Shown one piece after another: positions 46,204 through 55,723 of a stretch of DNA of 64,000 nt. Origin of the DNA: Candidatus Levyibacteriota bacterium. Its GTDB lineage: Bacteria; Patescibacteriota; Microgenomatia; Levybacterales; UBA12049. The position numbers were made by a program, and so were the translations under genes. The stretch lies in the NCBI GenBank assembly GCA_052034235.1, contig JBPOIT010000005.1, positions 113,698 through 177,697 of the forward strand, read 5' to 3'. The notes under the pieces were generated by a model, which did no database searches, was not told the origin of the DNA, and saw only the letters and a program-made list of their open reading frames with translations. Each line of letters opens with the position of its first letter. The stretch's first letter is position 1.

Positions 46204-48438
46204 TTATATGTATCGACTCGTCAATGAGGCTTTTACTCCTTTGAGCTCTTTAGGGGGGCCTTCGAATAGTATTTCTCCGCCTTTGTGGCCGCCTTCAGGG
46301 CCTAGGTCTATGATCCAATCGGCGTTTCTGATGATGTCTAGGTTGTGTTCGATGGCGATGACGGTGTTGCCGGCGTCAACGAGGCGGTTTATGATTTCGA
46401 GAAGATGCGTGATATCACTCATGTGTAAACCAGTTGTTGGTTCGTCCAGGACATAGATGCTGCCTTTTTTATGGAGTTCACTTGCGAGTTTGATTCTTTG
46501 GCATTCTCCTCCACTGAGCGTGTTGAGCGGCTGACCGAGTGTGAGATAACCTAAGCCCACATCCTCCATAGCCTGAAGTTTTTTGAGAACCTCTTGTATG
46601 TAGAAATATTCAAGCGCTTCAGTGACGTTCATTTTCAAAACATCAGCTATTGATTTGCCGTTGAGTTTGTAGGCAAGCACCTCATCTTTGAAACGTTTTC
46701 CCTCACAGATATCACACGGCGTTTTAACACCTTCTAAAAATGCGAGATCTGTGTAGACAACACCTTGCCCCTGACAATTTTCGCACGCACCTGTTGAATT
46801 GAAACTGAAAAGACCTGGCTGGACTTTGTTGGCTGTGGCAAAGGCTTTGCGGACATCATCCATAATGCCAGTGTATGTTGCAGGATTTGACCTAGAATTT
46901 GCACCAACTGCTGATTGGTCAATCACAATTGCATCTGGATGCTGTTTGAGAAATTCTCCATGAATGAGTGAACTTTTTCCTGAACCAGCAACACCCGTGA
47001 TTGCGGTCAGAACGCCAGTCGGGATATCAACACTGACATTTTTAAGATTGTTGGCTGTGGCGTTTTTAATTTCGAGTTTTCCTTTTGGAGTTCTGACACT
47101 TTCTTTAAGAGGTATTTGTTTTTTCAAATGAGTACCTGTTAGGGTGTCTGATTTGAGAAGCTCCTCAAAGTTACCTTCAAACATAATCTTTCCACCATGA
47201 CTTCCAGCACGCGGGCCAACATCAACGATGTGATCGGAAACTTTGATGACATCAGGATCGTGTTCAACCACGATAACGGTGTTGCCTTTGTCGCGGAGTT
47301 TTTGCAACAGCTCATTAAGACGATGCACGTCTCGCGGATGCAATCCGACACTCGGCTCGTCAAAAATGTATAACACATCAACAAGACTACTTGATAGATG
47401 TTTGACCATTTTAATACGCTGTGACTCACCACCTGAAAGTGTGTCAGTTTCACGATTGAGAGACATATAATCAAGACCTATATCAATCACATGCTGCAAA
47501 CGCTCAGTGAGTGTTTTTATGAGAGACGCAGCGACGGGATCGTTAATCTCTTTAATTACCTTAATCAGTTCCCCCACTTCCATCGCTGACAAATCTGCAA
47601 TGTTATAGCCGTTTATTTTTGAGGCGAGGACTTTTTGATTGAGACGAGCGCCTTTGCATTCATTACATGGACCATATTCCAAATACGGTTCAACCATTTT
47701 TTGGGTACGTTCAGAAAGCGTTTTAAGATCACGCTTGATATACGATCTGGTGAGTTTTTCAACAATTCCCAAATAGGTCGCATTCATCGAATTTGCACCG
47801 ATTTGCAGTTTGAATTTCCGGTCTTTGCCGTGCATCAAAAGATCCATTTCTTCAGGAGTAAAATCTTTCAACTTTTTGTCATTATCAAAAAATCCTGAGG
47901 CCTTATATGAATCTTTCTCCCAACCTGAAAACAGCGGAACATTTATCGCGTCTTCATTGATGGATTTTTCCATGTCCAAAAAACCATTGGTGTTAATCCT
48001 TATTTTACGACCCAAACCATTACATTCCTGGCACATTCCTTGTGGATTGTTAAACGAGAATACATTGGAATAACCAGCATTCGGCTTACCAATACGGGAA
48101 AACAGTAAACGCAAAACTGTATAGATATCAGTGCTTGTCCCCATTGTTGAATGAGATCCTCCACCCATGCGTTTTTGATCAACCACAATTGCCATACTGA
48201 GATTTTCAATTGCCTCAGCATCAGGTTGTGAATATCTGGGAAGAAAATTGCGGACAAACATACTAAACGTTTCATACTCTTGTCTCTTTGCTTCAGTCGC
48301 AATCGTGTCAAACACAATCGAGGATTTACCAGAGCCTGAAACGCCGGTAAAGATAATGATTTTACGTTTGGGCAAACGGAGATCAACATTCTGCAAATTA
48401 TTCTCCCGGGCACCCTTAATAACAATATATTCCTGCAT
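46204..48438 (-). CDS. UvrA-like ABC ATPase, short (class II/UvrA2/DrrC-like) paralogue
   Basis: Two ABC modules (Walker A GVSGSGKSS / GVAGSGKSS; signatures LSGGESQR / LSGGECQR). Zn modules CQECNGLG, CNECKG, CENCQGQG, CDICEG. Only 744 aa versus ~940 for canonical UvrA, so the UvrB-binding/insertion region is probably absent. Confidence 0.8.
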   Translation of the reverse strand: MQEYIVIKGARENNLQNVDLRLPKRKIIIFTGVSGSGKSSIVFDTIATEAKRQEYETFSMFVRNFLPRYSQPDAEAIENLSMAIVVDQKRMGGGSHSTMGTSTDIYTVLRLLFSRIGKPNAGYSNVFSFNNPQGMCQECNGLGRKIRINTNGFLDMEKSINEDAINVPLFSGWEKDSYKASGFFDNDKKLKDFTPEEMDLLMHGKDRKFKLQIGANSMNATYLGIVEKLTRSYIKRDLKTLSERTQKMVEPYLEYGPCNECKGARLNQKVLASKINGYNIADLSAMEVGELIKVIKEINDPVAASLIKTLTERLQHVIDIGLDYMSLNRETDTLSGGESQRIKMVKHLSSSLVDVLYIFDEPSVGLHPRDVHRLNELLQKLRDKGNTVIVVEHDPDVIKVSDHIVDVGPRAGSHGGKIMFEGNFEELLKSDTLTGTHLKKQIPLKESVRTPKGKLEIKNATANNLKNVSVDIPTGVLTAITGVAGSGKSSLIHGEFLKQHPDAIVIDQSAVGANSRSNPATYTGIMDDVRKAFATANKVQPGLFSFNSTGACENCQGQGVVYTDLAFLEGVKTPCDICEGKRFKDEVLAYKLNGKSIADVLKMNVTEALEYFYIQEVLKKLQAMEDVGLGYLTLGQPLNTLSGGECQRIKLASELHKKGSIYVLDEPTTGLHMSDITHLLEIINRLVDAGNTVIAIEHNLDIIRNADWIIDLGPEGGHKGGEILFEGPPKELKGVKASLTSRYI

Positions 48439-48477
48439 AAGTTAATTTGTAAAGTATAACAGGTTTTAGAGTTAAAT

Positions 48478-49908
48478 TTGTGCTATAATCTTCTTACTAT
48501 GAGACTCGAAGGGGCACCCAAGGGAGTCATTACCAGAAGAGATCTATTAATTGCAGGTGGAGCTGCTGCTCTTAATGCGCTTTTAACATCTGCGGATATA
48601 GACCCGAATATCGATCATCGTATTGTTACTTATATTGGAGATAGACCCTACACTCCATTCGAATTGAAAAGTCCCCAAGTCGGATTAAATAAAGATGGAC
48701 TCCCTATCTCGATTACATTTAACAATGGAGAACGTGTTCCTGTAAACGCTCTCAATGCTTTAAGAGCGAGGAAGCGTGCTAGAGAAACAGGTGAACCACA
48801 AGTAGCGCAAATTTTTAAGGGTCCCCCAACACCTATTACAAGAGATTATTCCAAATTTGAAGCATCAGAAGCACACCCATTAGAAAAAACTCTTCCGCCA
48901 GATATCCTTTCAAAAGAAGCACTGCGAAAACGAGGAGTTGAGATCATAAACACTGATAGAGTAACACTTCACATCCGTGAGAGTGCATTCGCAGAAAATG
49001 GCCCGTTGGGAACAATCACTGAACCAAGACGGAAAATAATCATAGCATTACTTGATGGACCGATGATTGTAAATGATTTACTTGATGACGAACGTTATGA
49101 TAGCGTACGTCGTGATATAAGAGACCGAGAAGCTGAAATAAAGGTATTAAGAAAAGCTAGAGTCAAAGAAGAAGGTGATGAAGCTCATCGTGCAAAATTA
49201 CATTACGAAAGAGTATTGAGTGAAGACTATTGGAGCTCACCAGGTAAGAAAGGTGCACCATTAAAACAGATAAAAGAATCTTCCCTCCGTGCTTGGGCTG
49301 AGGCAAAAACAAGAGAAGTTGCTTGGGCAAATTATTATTCTGATAGTGAAGTCTACTTTAATATGCCTCGAATCGATAATACAAAGAGAGATCTTGCAGG
49401 ATTATATAAACCAAATAAAGACCAATTCCTTGATGGGACTACTTTTTATAAAGCAAGTAACATATTGTATGTTTCAGTAGGTAATAGATCTTTCAATGAA
49501 AGCATCTCTTCAGTAATGTTCTATCCCGATGGAACTTGTCACCTTATTCATATACCCCCGTCCGTGCGAGAAGGTGGAAAAGTAGTCCCTTTCGGTGATT
49601 CGTCTCCACATATCTCTCAAACGCACCCTGACCCTCAGTCGTTTAGTCGAAATAAAGACGCATCACCCAGTAAACCTGACTCTTATCCCTATGCTGGACT
49701 AACACCTGGATTAACATTGCGTCACGAGGCAGCACATGATGAATTAAGGATGACAAATCACCCAGATCAAGAGAGTGAATACTGGACAGATGAGCAAGCT
49801 ATGCAAGGTATTCGTGACGCATGGGAAAAATGGAAATCTTCTAAATTCATAGATAACAGTGGTTATTGTTTTGTGTTCCAAAGTGGAGGTGAACTCGTAT
49901 TTACATAA
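48478..49908 (+). CDS. Tat-secreted hypothetical protein with HEXXH zinc-metalloprotease motif
   Basis: The probable start is MRLEGAPKGVITRRDLLIAGGAAALNAL (Tat motif). LTLRHEAAHDELR carries HEAAH with a downstream Glu. No broader family recognised. Confidence 0.5.
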   Translation: MCYNLLTMRLEGAPKGVITRRDLLIAGGAAALNALLTSADIDPNIDHRIVTYIGDRPYTPFELKSPQVGLNKDGLPISITFNNGERVPVNALNALRARKRARETGEPQVAQIFKGPPTPITRDYSKFEASEAHPLEKTLPPDILSKEALRKRGVEIINTDRVTLHIRESAFAENGPLGTITEPRRKIIIALLDGPMIVNDLLDDERYDSVRRDIRDREAEIKVLRKARVKEEGDEAHRAKLHYERVLSEDYWSSPGKKGAPLKQIKESSLRAWAEAKTREVAWANYYSDSEVYFNMPRIDNTKRDLAGLYKPNKDQFLDGTTFYKASNILYVSVGNRSFNESISSVMFYPDGTCHLIHIPPSVREGGKVVPFGDSSPHISQTHPDPQSFSRNKDASPSKPDSYPYAGLTPGLTLRHEAAHDELRMTNHPDQESEYWTDEQAMQGIRDAWEKWKSSKFIDNSGYCFVFQSGGELVFT

Positions 49909-50503
49909 AAACTTCTTTGCTACAATGGAATCATGCACTTTATTGTTGAGCGATTTAAAAAAGAGCGCAAGCATTTCTATAAGTTGAGTGCCTAGGGACA
50001 AAAATTTCTCAAGTCATAGGCCCTTTTTGAATTGCTAAATCCCGTTTTTGGCATTTTTGTAGCTGCATTTTTATGGAGACAGACGCATGATATCGTTTTG
50101 ATTGCCACATATTACATTTTTGTAAACATAGCTATACCTTTGGGATTTTATTTCAAGCGATTTTGCGTTGAGATTTATCCCATTTTTGGTCGCGTGCGTC
50201 CAAATCCTCATGAGTATTTTGGCAAAATCAATTGAGAAGAAAGTTTGAGATGGATATTATCCTCGGGAGATAACGACAGCTACAGTGATGATGCCGATAC
50301 AAACTGCAAAAATGACTATGCGCACTGGTCTGCTAAAAAGAAAAAATTGTTTGTTTCCTTTATACTCAGGTAGCGGAGCAAATGTTGCTTCCATTGGTTT
50401 AGTCTTTTTTTCGTTTGTCTTTTCCTCCATATTTTTATAATCTCATTTAACTTGAGTAACTGTCAATAACTCTATGTATCTTCGATGCTATAATAAATGA
50501 CAT

Positions 50504-51961
50504 ATGGATGGAGACGCACTTCAAAATCATAAAATTACTTCTTTTTCTACCGAACAGGAAATTGGTTTTAAAGATCTCTGCGCAGCCAAAACTGTCAAAC
50601 ATGAAAAAAAAGATGAACATGGTGGTGATTTGGATAAACCCCACGAAGACCGCATGCTTTTTGCGCCGGAAGACCATGCGTTTGCAGTTTTCGACGGTTT
50701 GGGTGCACACGGTGGCGGCGATACAACTGCACAATTTGCGAGAGATTATGTAGCAGATATCGTTAAACAAACACCTGTCGACATTTCCGTAGAGGAAACG
50801 GCAAATTATTTAAAAACCAGAACGCTTGAACTCAACGCACACCTCTTTGAAGAAACCACAGGATATACAACTATGCTGCTCGCATATATTTATGAATCAA
50901 AAACTGGCGAAAAACACTTGCTGGTTGTCCCAATTGGAGATTGTCGAATGTATCTGTTACGAGATGGCAAGCTTACTTGTCTGACGATAGATAACGAAAC
51001 GCCTTCAACAAACAAAGAAAAACAGCAAGAAATTCAGAATAAAATAAGTAACGTTCAAACTGAAGAAGAACTAGTAAATTTGAGCCCTGAAGAAAAAACA
51101 GCTTTTCAAAAACGAAACGATGTCGATCAGGCACTCGGAAAAGAAGTCGTTACCCCTATTGTTCAAACACATGAAATAAAAGCAAATGATATCTTTCTTA
51201 TGACATCTGACGGTATAACCAATAACTTGACCGATAAACAAATTGAAACAACCATCGCAACAGGTAATAGCCCAAAAGAGCTTGTAGCAACTCTTATCAA
51301 TGAAGCACGAAAAATTGCGAATGACTCAGCAAATCTCAGACACATCCCTGATGATATGACGGCAATACTGTTCAAAATCAACAATGAATTTCCAAAACGT
51401 ACTCCTTACACGGCACCTGAGGTTGAATCTGAAACATGGATAAATGTTATACCTGAAATGATAACCTCGCATAAAGAAACGATCGATTCACTTGAAAAGG
51501 ATTTGGCAAGAAAACTGACACCGAGCGAGTTATTTTATATAACATCTTTTGGTGATCGTAAATTTATCGAGCATGTTGAACCGTTGTATAGAAGTCTTAC
51601 GCGGGCTCGGGCAAATCCTATCACCTCAGCCAATATTAAACTTCTAAAGCAGCTTGAAAAAAGTGAAGAAGCAAACCCTGATGATTTTCTGAAACTTGAG
51701 CAGATGGCATCCATGTCCTCAGTTAAAATCGCATCGTATGAAGATTTGGAGGTATACATGGTACTCCAAAAAGTTCCTGAAGCAACACGTGTTGCACTGC
51801 GAAATTTCTATAATACAAAACAAACAAATGAAGCCAAACCAATAAACACCAAAACTGTACTCCTTATGACCTTTTCAACCAATGCTTCAGGAGAGACACT
51901 TCCTCAACTATCCTCGTCGTATGAACCTCTTACTGATATGCATGAAGAAGAGAATAAATAA
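50504..51961 (+). CDS. PP2C-family Ser/Thr phosphatase domain protein with ~180-aa uncharacterised C-terminal extension
   Basis: AFAVFDGLGAHGGGDTTAQFA (PP2C motif 1-2), LLVVPIGDCRMYLL, IFLMTSDGITNNL, DDMTAILFKI (metal-binding Asp motifs). Confidence 0.65.
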   Translation: MDGDALQNHKITSFSTEQEIGFKDLCAAKTVKHEKKDEHGGDLDKPHEDRMLFAPEDHAFAVFDGLGAHGGGDTTAQFARDYVADIVKQTPVDISVEETANYLKTRTLELNAHLFEETTGYTTMLLAYIYESKTGEKHLLVVPIGDCRMYLLRDGKLTCLTIDNETPSTNKEKQQEIQNKISNVQTEEELVNLSPEEKTAFQKRNDVDQALGKEVVTPIVQTHEIKANDIFLMTSDGITNNLTDKQIETTIATGNSPKELVATLINEARKIANDSANLRHIPDDMTAILFKINNEFPKRTPYTAPEVESETWINVIPEMITSHKETIDSLEKDLARKLTPSELFYITSFGDRKFIEHVEPLYRSLTRARANPITSANIKLLKQLEKSEEANPDDFLKLEQMASMSSVKIASYEDLEVYMVLQKVPEATRVALRNFYNTKQTNEAKPINTKTVLLMTFSTNASGETLPQLSSSYEPLTDMHEEENK

Positions 51962-51962
51962 T

Positions 51963-53354
51963 CTACAGTGTCTTTTTTAGTAAATGAGGATGTGTGTTGT
52001 AAACTTTTAAAATTAATTCCCCAAACATCGAATTAGCCCACGCAAACCAGTGACGTGTAAACTTGCGGGGATTATCAACATCTATACTCTCATGCATTGC
52101 AAATGTCCCGGCATGTGTTTTTTTAAGCGTTTTGAGACACTGCAGAATTTCTCTTTCATCGGTTGAAGTCATCGCCTGCATGATTGTTGCCATAGGCCAA
52201 AAGTGATCACAGACACCGACATGAGGACTCGTCAATCCGCACGCAACTGCACCGGCAGCATAAAAAGAGTTCCACTTACTGAGGATAAATTCGCGTGTAT
52301 TGCGATAAATTGGATCAGTTGTTTTACAATAACCCAGATAAGGCAAACTTAATAAACTTGGGATGTTCGGATCATCCATCACGCAACTAGATCCAAATCC
52401 GTCTACTTCATAGGCATACATCTTGCCAAAGACATTATGATCAATAACTCCCCATTCTTTAATTCCTAAATCAATATCCCCCGCCATGCGCTTCACAGCA
52501 CTGGCAGTGTCAAAATCTGTTAGTTTTTCAAGAATCGGAATTACTTTTTTAAGATACACAACTGCCATGGCATTTGCCGGGATGAGATAGGGGAAAACAC
52601 ATTCGTCATCAGATGGTCTAAAAACACATCGAGATAAACCGCATCGCTTACCAGGGTAACCATAGCCTTCAAGTCTGATTGCCGGATGCAAATGTCCTGC
52701 GTCTGTTCGGAACTGGAATAAATCATCTTTGGTTTCCTTATCAAGTGTGTTTTGCTCAGCATGCATGACATCAACAATCAAACGTACCGCACGACACCAA
52801 TCACGATTAAACGGTTTGAGATCGTGTGTTATTTCATAATAGCCGCTTGATAAACGCAAAAACGCACAGAGACTATCAAGTTCGTATTTACGTTCCCAAA
52901 TACCCATATCCCGATTAAACGCATTGGCATAGGGATCAGTCAGAATACATTTTGTTTGACGGTAAATAAGCCCTTCAAACATTTTTTGCACTTCAACTTC
53001 CTCAGCTGCAAAAGGCAAATACGGCCAGACTTGATTGGTTGAATCTCGAAGCCACATCGCAGGAATATCACCAGTCACCACAAATGTATCGGGTAAACCT
53101 TCATCATCATGTTCTGTGAAGTGAACTGTTGTATCAAGCGTATTAGGGAAACATTTATAAAACATCTGGAAAAGATCTTCATCCACGATAACTGAAGCAA
53201 CTTTTTCTATAGCAGCCTCGACACTTTCACTTCTGAACATCCGTTCTTCCAAGCTCGGACGCAAATGAGAAAAATGATGAATAAGATGTTGCGATTGCAT
53301 ATATCTTATTAGTATATACAAAATGAATTCTTCAAAACTAGTGCTAGGCGGCAC
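51963..53354 (-). CDS. glycoside hydrolase family 125-like (DUF1237; putative exo-alpha-1,6-mannosidase)
   Basis: [22 protein letters not shown] (the MWLRDS signature of GH125/DUF1237 (alpha/alpha)6 barrels). Length and Trp/acidic pattern are consistent. The likely start is the internal Met [11 protein letters not shown]. Confidence 0.55.
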   Translation of the reverse strand: MPPSTSFEEFILYILIRYMQSQHLIHHFSHLRPSLEERMFRSESVEAAIEKVASVIVDEDLFQMFYKCFPNTLDTTVHFTEHDDEGLPDTFVVTGDIPAMWLRDSTNQVWPYLPFAAEEVEVQKMFEGLIYRQTKCILTDPYANAFNRDMGIWERKYELDSLCAFLRLSSGYYEITHDLKPFNRDWCRAVRLIVDVMHAEQNTLDKETKDDLFQFRTDAGHLHPAIRLEGYGYPGKRCGLSRCVFRPSDDECVFPYLIPANAMAVVYLKKVIPILEKLTDFDTASAVKRMAGDIDLGIKEWGVIDHNVFGKMYAYEVDGFGSSCVMDDPNIPSLLSLPYLGYCKTTDPIYRNTREFILSKWNSFYAAGAVACGLTSPHVGVCDHFWPMATIMQAMTSTDEREILQCLKTLKKTHAGTFAMHESIDVDNPRKFTRHWFAWANSMFGELILKVYNTHPHLLKKTL

Positions 53355-54153
53355 CTTCCAGTTTTTGCGGAGCGAATATTACTCTACTTGTTAAAATACC
53401 ACCATCTAATTCTATATTAGGTGACCAAGGAATATTTTTATCGTTATGTAAATAATTTATCCTTCTTTTACTTTTATAATTATTTTGATTTATTTCCATA
53501 AATACTTCATGAATTCCCTTTACTTCACATACTGCAAGCATATCAAGTAATAACATTGAACCTAATCCCTGCTCTTGGTGTCCGCTTGTCACATCAAAAG
53601 CAAATTCATATGCGGGATTCCTTGCACCATCTGAGTTGAGTATAGACGAACCAATAATGTTATCATTATCTCGGACAATCATGACCATCGCATCAGGTTG
53701 ATGATAAACTGATCGTACAAGTTTTGTGTGCTGCTCTTTATCACCTGGTACTTGGTTAAATCTTCCGTAGAAATCCTCATGTGTTAATTCAGACCTTTGA
53801 CTAGCCGCTAATTCTTCTGCCGTATCACTAGTCAATCCTTTGGGATAAAAATCAACAGTATATGGCCTTTTGCCAACATATCTTGTATAACGTTCATGTT
53901 CCCCTGTACGTAATGAATCTGAACTATCTACGATACGTTTGAATTTTTCTATATCGTAAAATTCCCGGACAATTTGGCGACGTGACCCAAATTCAGTGAC
54001 AGCCTCGAAACCAATCGTTGCCAATCTAGCAGGTAATACGGCTGCACTTACAAAAATATCTCCTGCTGTTTTCTGACTATCAGAAATTAAGGTTAATAGT
54101 CCTCTTTTGCCTTCAGGTCCTCTATACGTTGTTGGTCGTTCCGCTGCACTCAT
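53344..54153 (-). CDS. hypothetical protein with C-terminal GNAT acetyltransferase-like domain
   Basis: [31 protein letters not shown] resembles GNAT motif A (Q/R-x-x-G-x-G/A). The N-terminal 150 aa are unassigned. Overlaps the GH125-like gene by 11 nt. Confidence 0.45.
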   Translation of the reverse strand: MSAAERPTTYRGPEGKRGLLTLISDSQKTAGDIFVSAAVLPARLATIGFEAVTEFGSRRQIVREFYDIEKFKRIVDSSDSLRTGEHERYTRYVGKRPYTVDFYPKGLTSDTAEELAASQRSELTHEDFYGRFNQVPGDKEQHTKLVRSVYHQPDAMVMIVRDNDNIIGSSILNSDGARNPAYEFAFDVTSGHQEQGLGSMLLLDMLAVCEVKGIHEVFMEINQNNYKSKRRINYLHNDKNIPWSPNIELDGGILTSRVIFAPQKLEGAA

Positions 54154-54238
54154 AAGCCTATATTAATAAACTGTGATAGTACCATTATATTGATAAGCTC
54201 TGCTGTGATAAATATCACAACGGCTGTACTTTCCTAAA

Positions 54239-54841
54239 GTGAAGTATTTTCTTCTTCTTCTTTTTCGTTATAATAATACTTCGAATGCGAAGGGAGGTGA
54301 ATACATAATGGATGAACAACAACAACCAACTACCACAGCTTCCAAAAGCCAAACCGGACCAATTATCGCTATTGTCGGACTGATCGTTATTGTCGTTGTC
54401 GGAGTGCTTGCTTTCCAAAACATGAATAAGCCAGCTCAAACTGAAAACGCAACAATGACAACAGAACAAACACAGCAACAAACCCAAACAAATCAGGAAA
54501 CTGCAGCGCAGCCAAGTGCTGCTGAAGCAATGACTGCTGGTGCTTACAAGGATGGCACATACACAGCTGATGGTGACTATACATCTCCTGGAGGAGCTGA
54601 ACAACTCGGCGTTACCGTAACTATTGCAAACGGCGTAATTACAAGTTCAGAAGTAGAAGTAAAAGCGACTAGACCGATCTCAAAAACTCGCCAAACCGAT
54701 TTCAAAGATAACTATAAAGAACAAGTTGAAGGCAAAAACATTGACGAAATCGTATTAACCAAAGTTTCAGGATCATCGCTTTCACCAAAAGGGTTTAACG
54801 ACGCAATTGAAAAGATTAAAGCAGAAGCGACACAGTCGTAA
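54239..54841 (+). CDS. membrane-anchored FMN-binding domain protein (flavinylation target)
   Basis: The probable start is ATG 54308, with RBS GGAGGTG 8 nt upstream (MDEQQQP...). One TM helix. GAYKDGTYTADGDYTSPGGAEQLGVTVTIANGVITSSEV fits the FMN_bind domain, which has a covalent-FMN Thr/Ser context. Confidence 0.65.
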   Translation: MKYFLLLLFRYNNTSNAKGGEYIMDEQQQPTTTASKSQTGPIIAIVGLIVIVVVGVLAFQNMNKPAQTENATMTTEQTQQQTQTNQETAAQPSAAEAMTAGAYKDGTYTADGDYTSPGGAEQLGVTVTIANGVITSSEVEVKATRPISKTRQTDFKDNYKEQVEGKNIDEIVLTKVSGSSLSPKGFNDAIEKIKAEATQS

Positions 54842-54847
54842 TGCGTC

Positions 54848-55720
54848 ATGAACACATTTAACTTTGAAGCCATAGGAACAGTATGGAGTATTGATGTACT
54901 CGAACCGTTGTCTGAAAAAAAAGGACAGGAAATTTTAAGAGAGATTTCGAAGCGGATTGAGCTATACGATAAAACATATTCACGTTTCCGAAAGGATTCA
55001 CTCGTCACAAAGATGGCGCAACAAGCCGGCACATACAAATTGCCTGATGATGCAAAACCTTTATTGACACTTTATAAACAGCTCTATCACATAACAGATG
55101 GAGCAGTAACACCGCTCATTGGTTCGGTGTTATCTGAAGCAGGGTATGACGCTGCATATTCTTTGCAACCCCATACCCTGCATCACCCTGACACATGGGA
55201 AAATACTTTGACATATACTCCTCCAAACATAACGATGAAAAAGCCTGCAATTCTTGATTTTGGCGGTGCAGGCAAAGGTTATCTCACTGACATCATTGGC
55301 GATTTACTTGAAAAACATCACATCAATAATTATTGTGTCGACGGGAGCGGAGACATCTTAAACAAAACAACAACACAAAATCCTCTACGAATCGGCCTTG
55401 AACATCCTGACAATCCAAAAAAGGTCATCGGGGTTGCAGAACTTACAAATGGCAGTTTATGCGGTTCAGCGGGCAACAGACGAAAATGGCAAGGATTTCA
55501 TCATATTATGAACCCGCATACACTCACCTCACCAAACCACATAAAAGCGGTATGGGTCATCGCAGAGTCCGGATTACTCGCCGATGGTCTCACGACTTGT
55601 CTCTTTTTTACAAAACCTGAAACATTGCACAAGTATTTTGATTTCAAATACGTTATTCTCAATGAAGATCTGACTCTTAATAAATCAAATGACTTTCCCG
55701 GCGAATTTTTTTATAATTAA
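54848..55720 (+). CDS. apbE: FAD:protein FMN transferase (ApbE family)
   Basis: N-terminal EAIGTVWSIDV (ApbE MGT-like start). Length and mid-protein GGAGKGY (GG..KGY) are typical of ApbE. Confidence 0.7.
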   Translation: MNTFNFEAIGTVWSIDVLEPLSEKKGQEILREISKRIELYDKTYSRFRKDSLVTKMAQQAGTYKLPDDAKPLLTLYKQLYHITDGAVTPLIGSVLSEAGYDAAYSLQPHTLHHPDTWENTLTYTPPNITMKKPAILDFGGAGKGYLTDIIGDLLEKHHINNYCVDGSGDILNKTTTQNPLRIGLEHPDNPKKVIGVAELTNGSLCGSAGNRRKWQGFHHIMNPHTLTSPNHIKAVWVIAESGLLADGLTTCLFFTKPETLHKYFDFKYVILNEDLTLNKSNDFPGEFFYN

Positions 55721-55723
55721 TAT

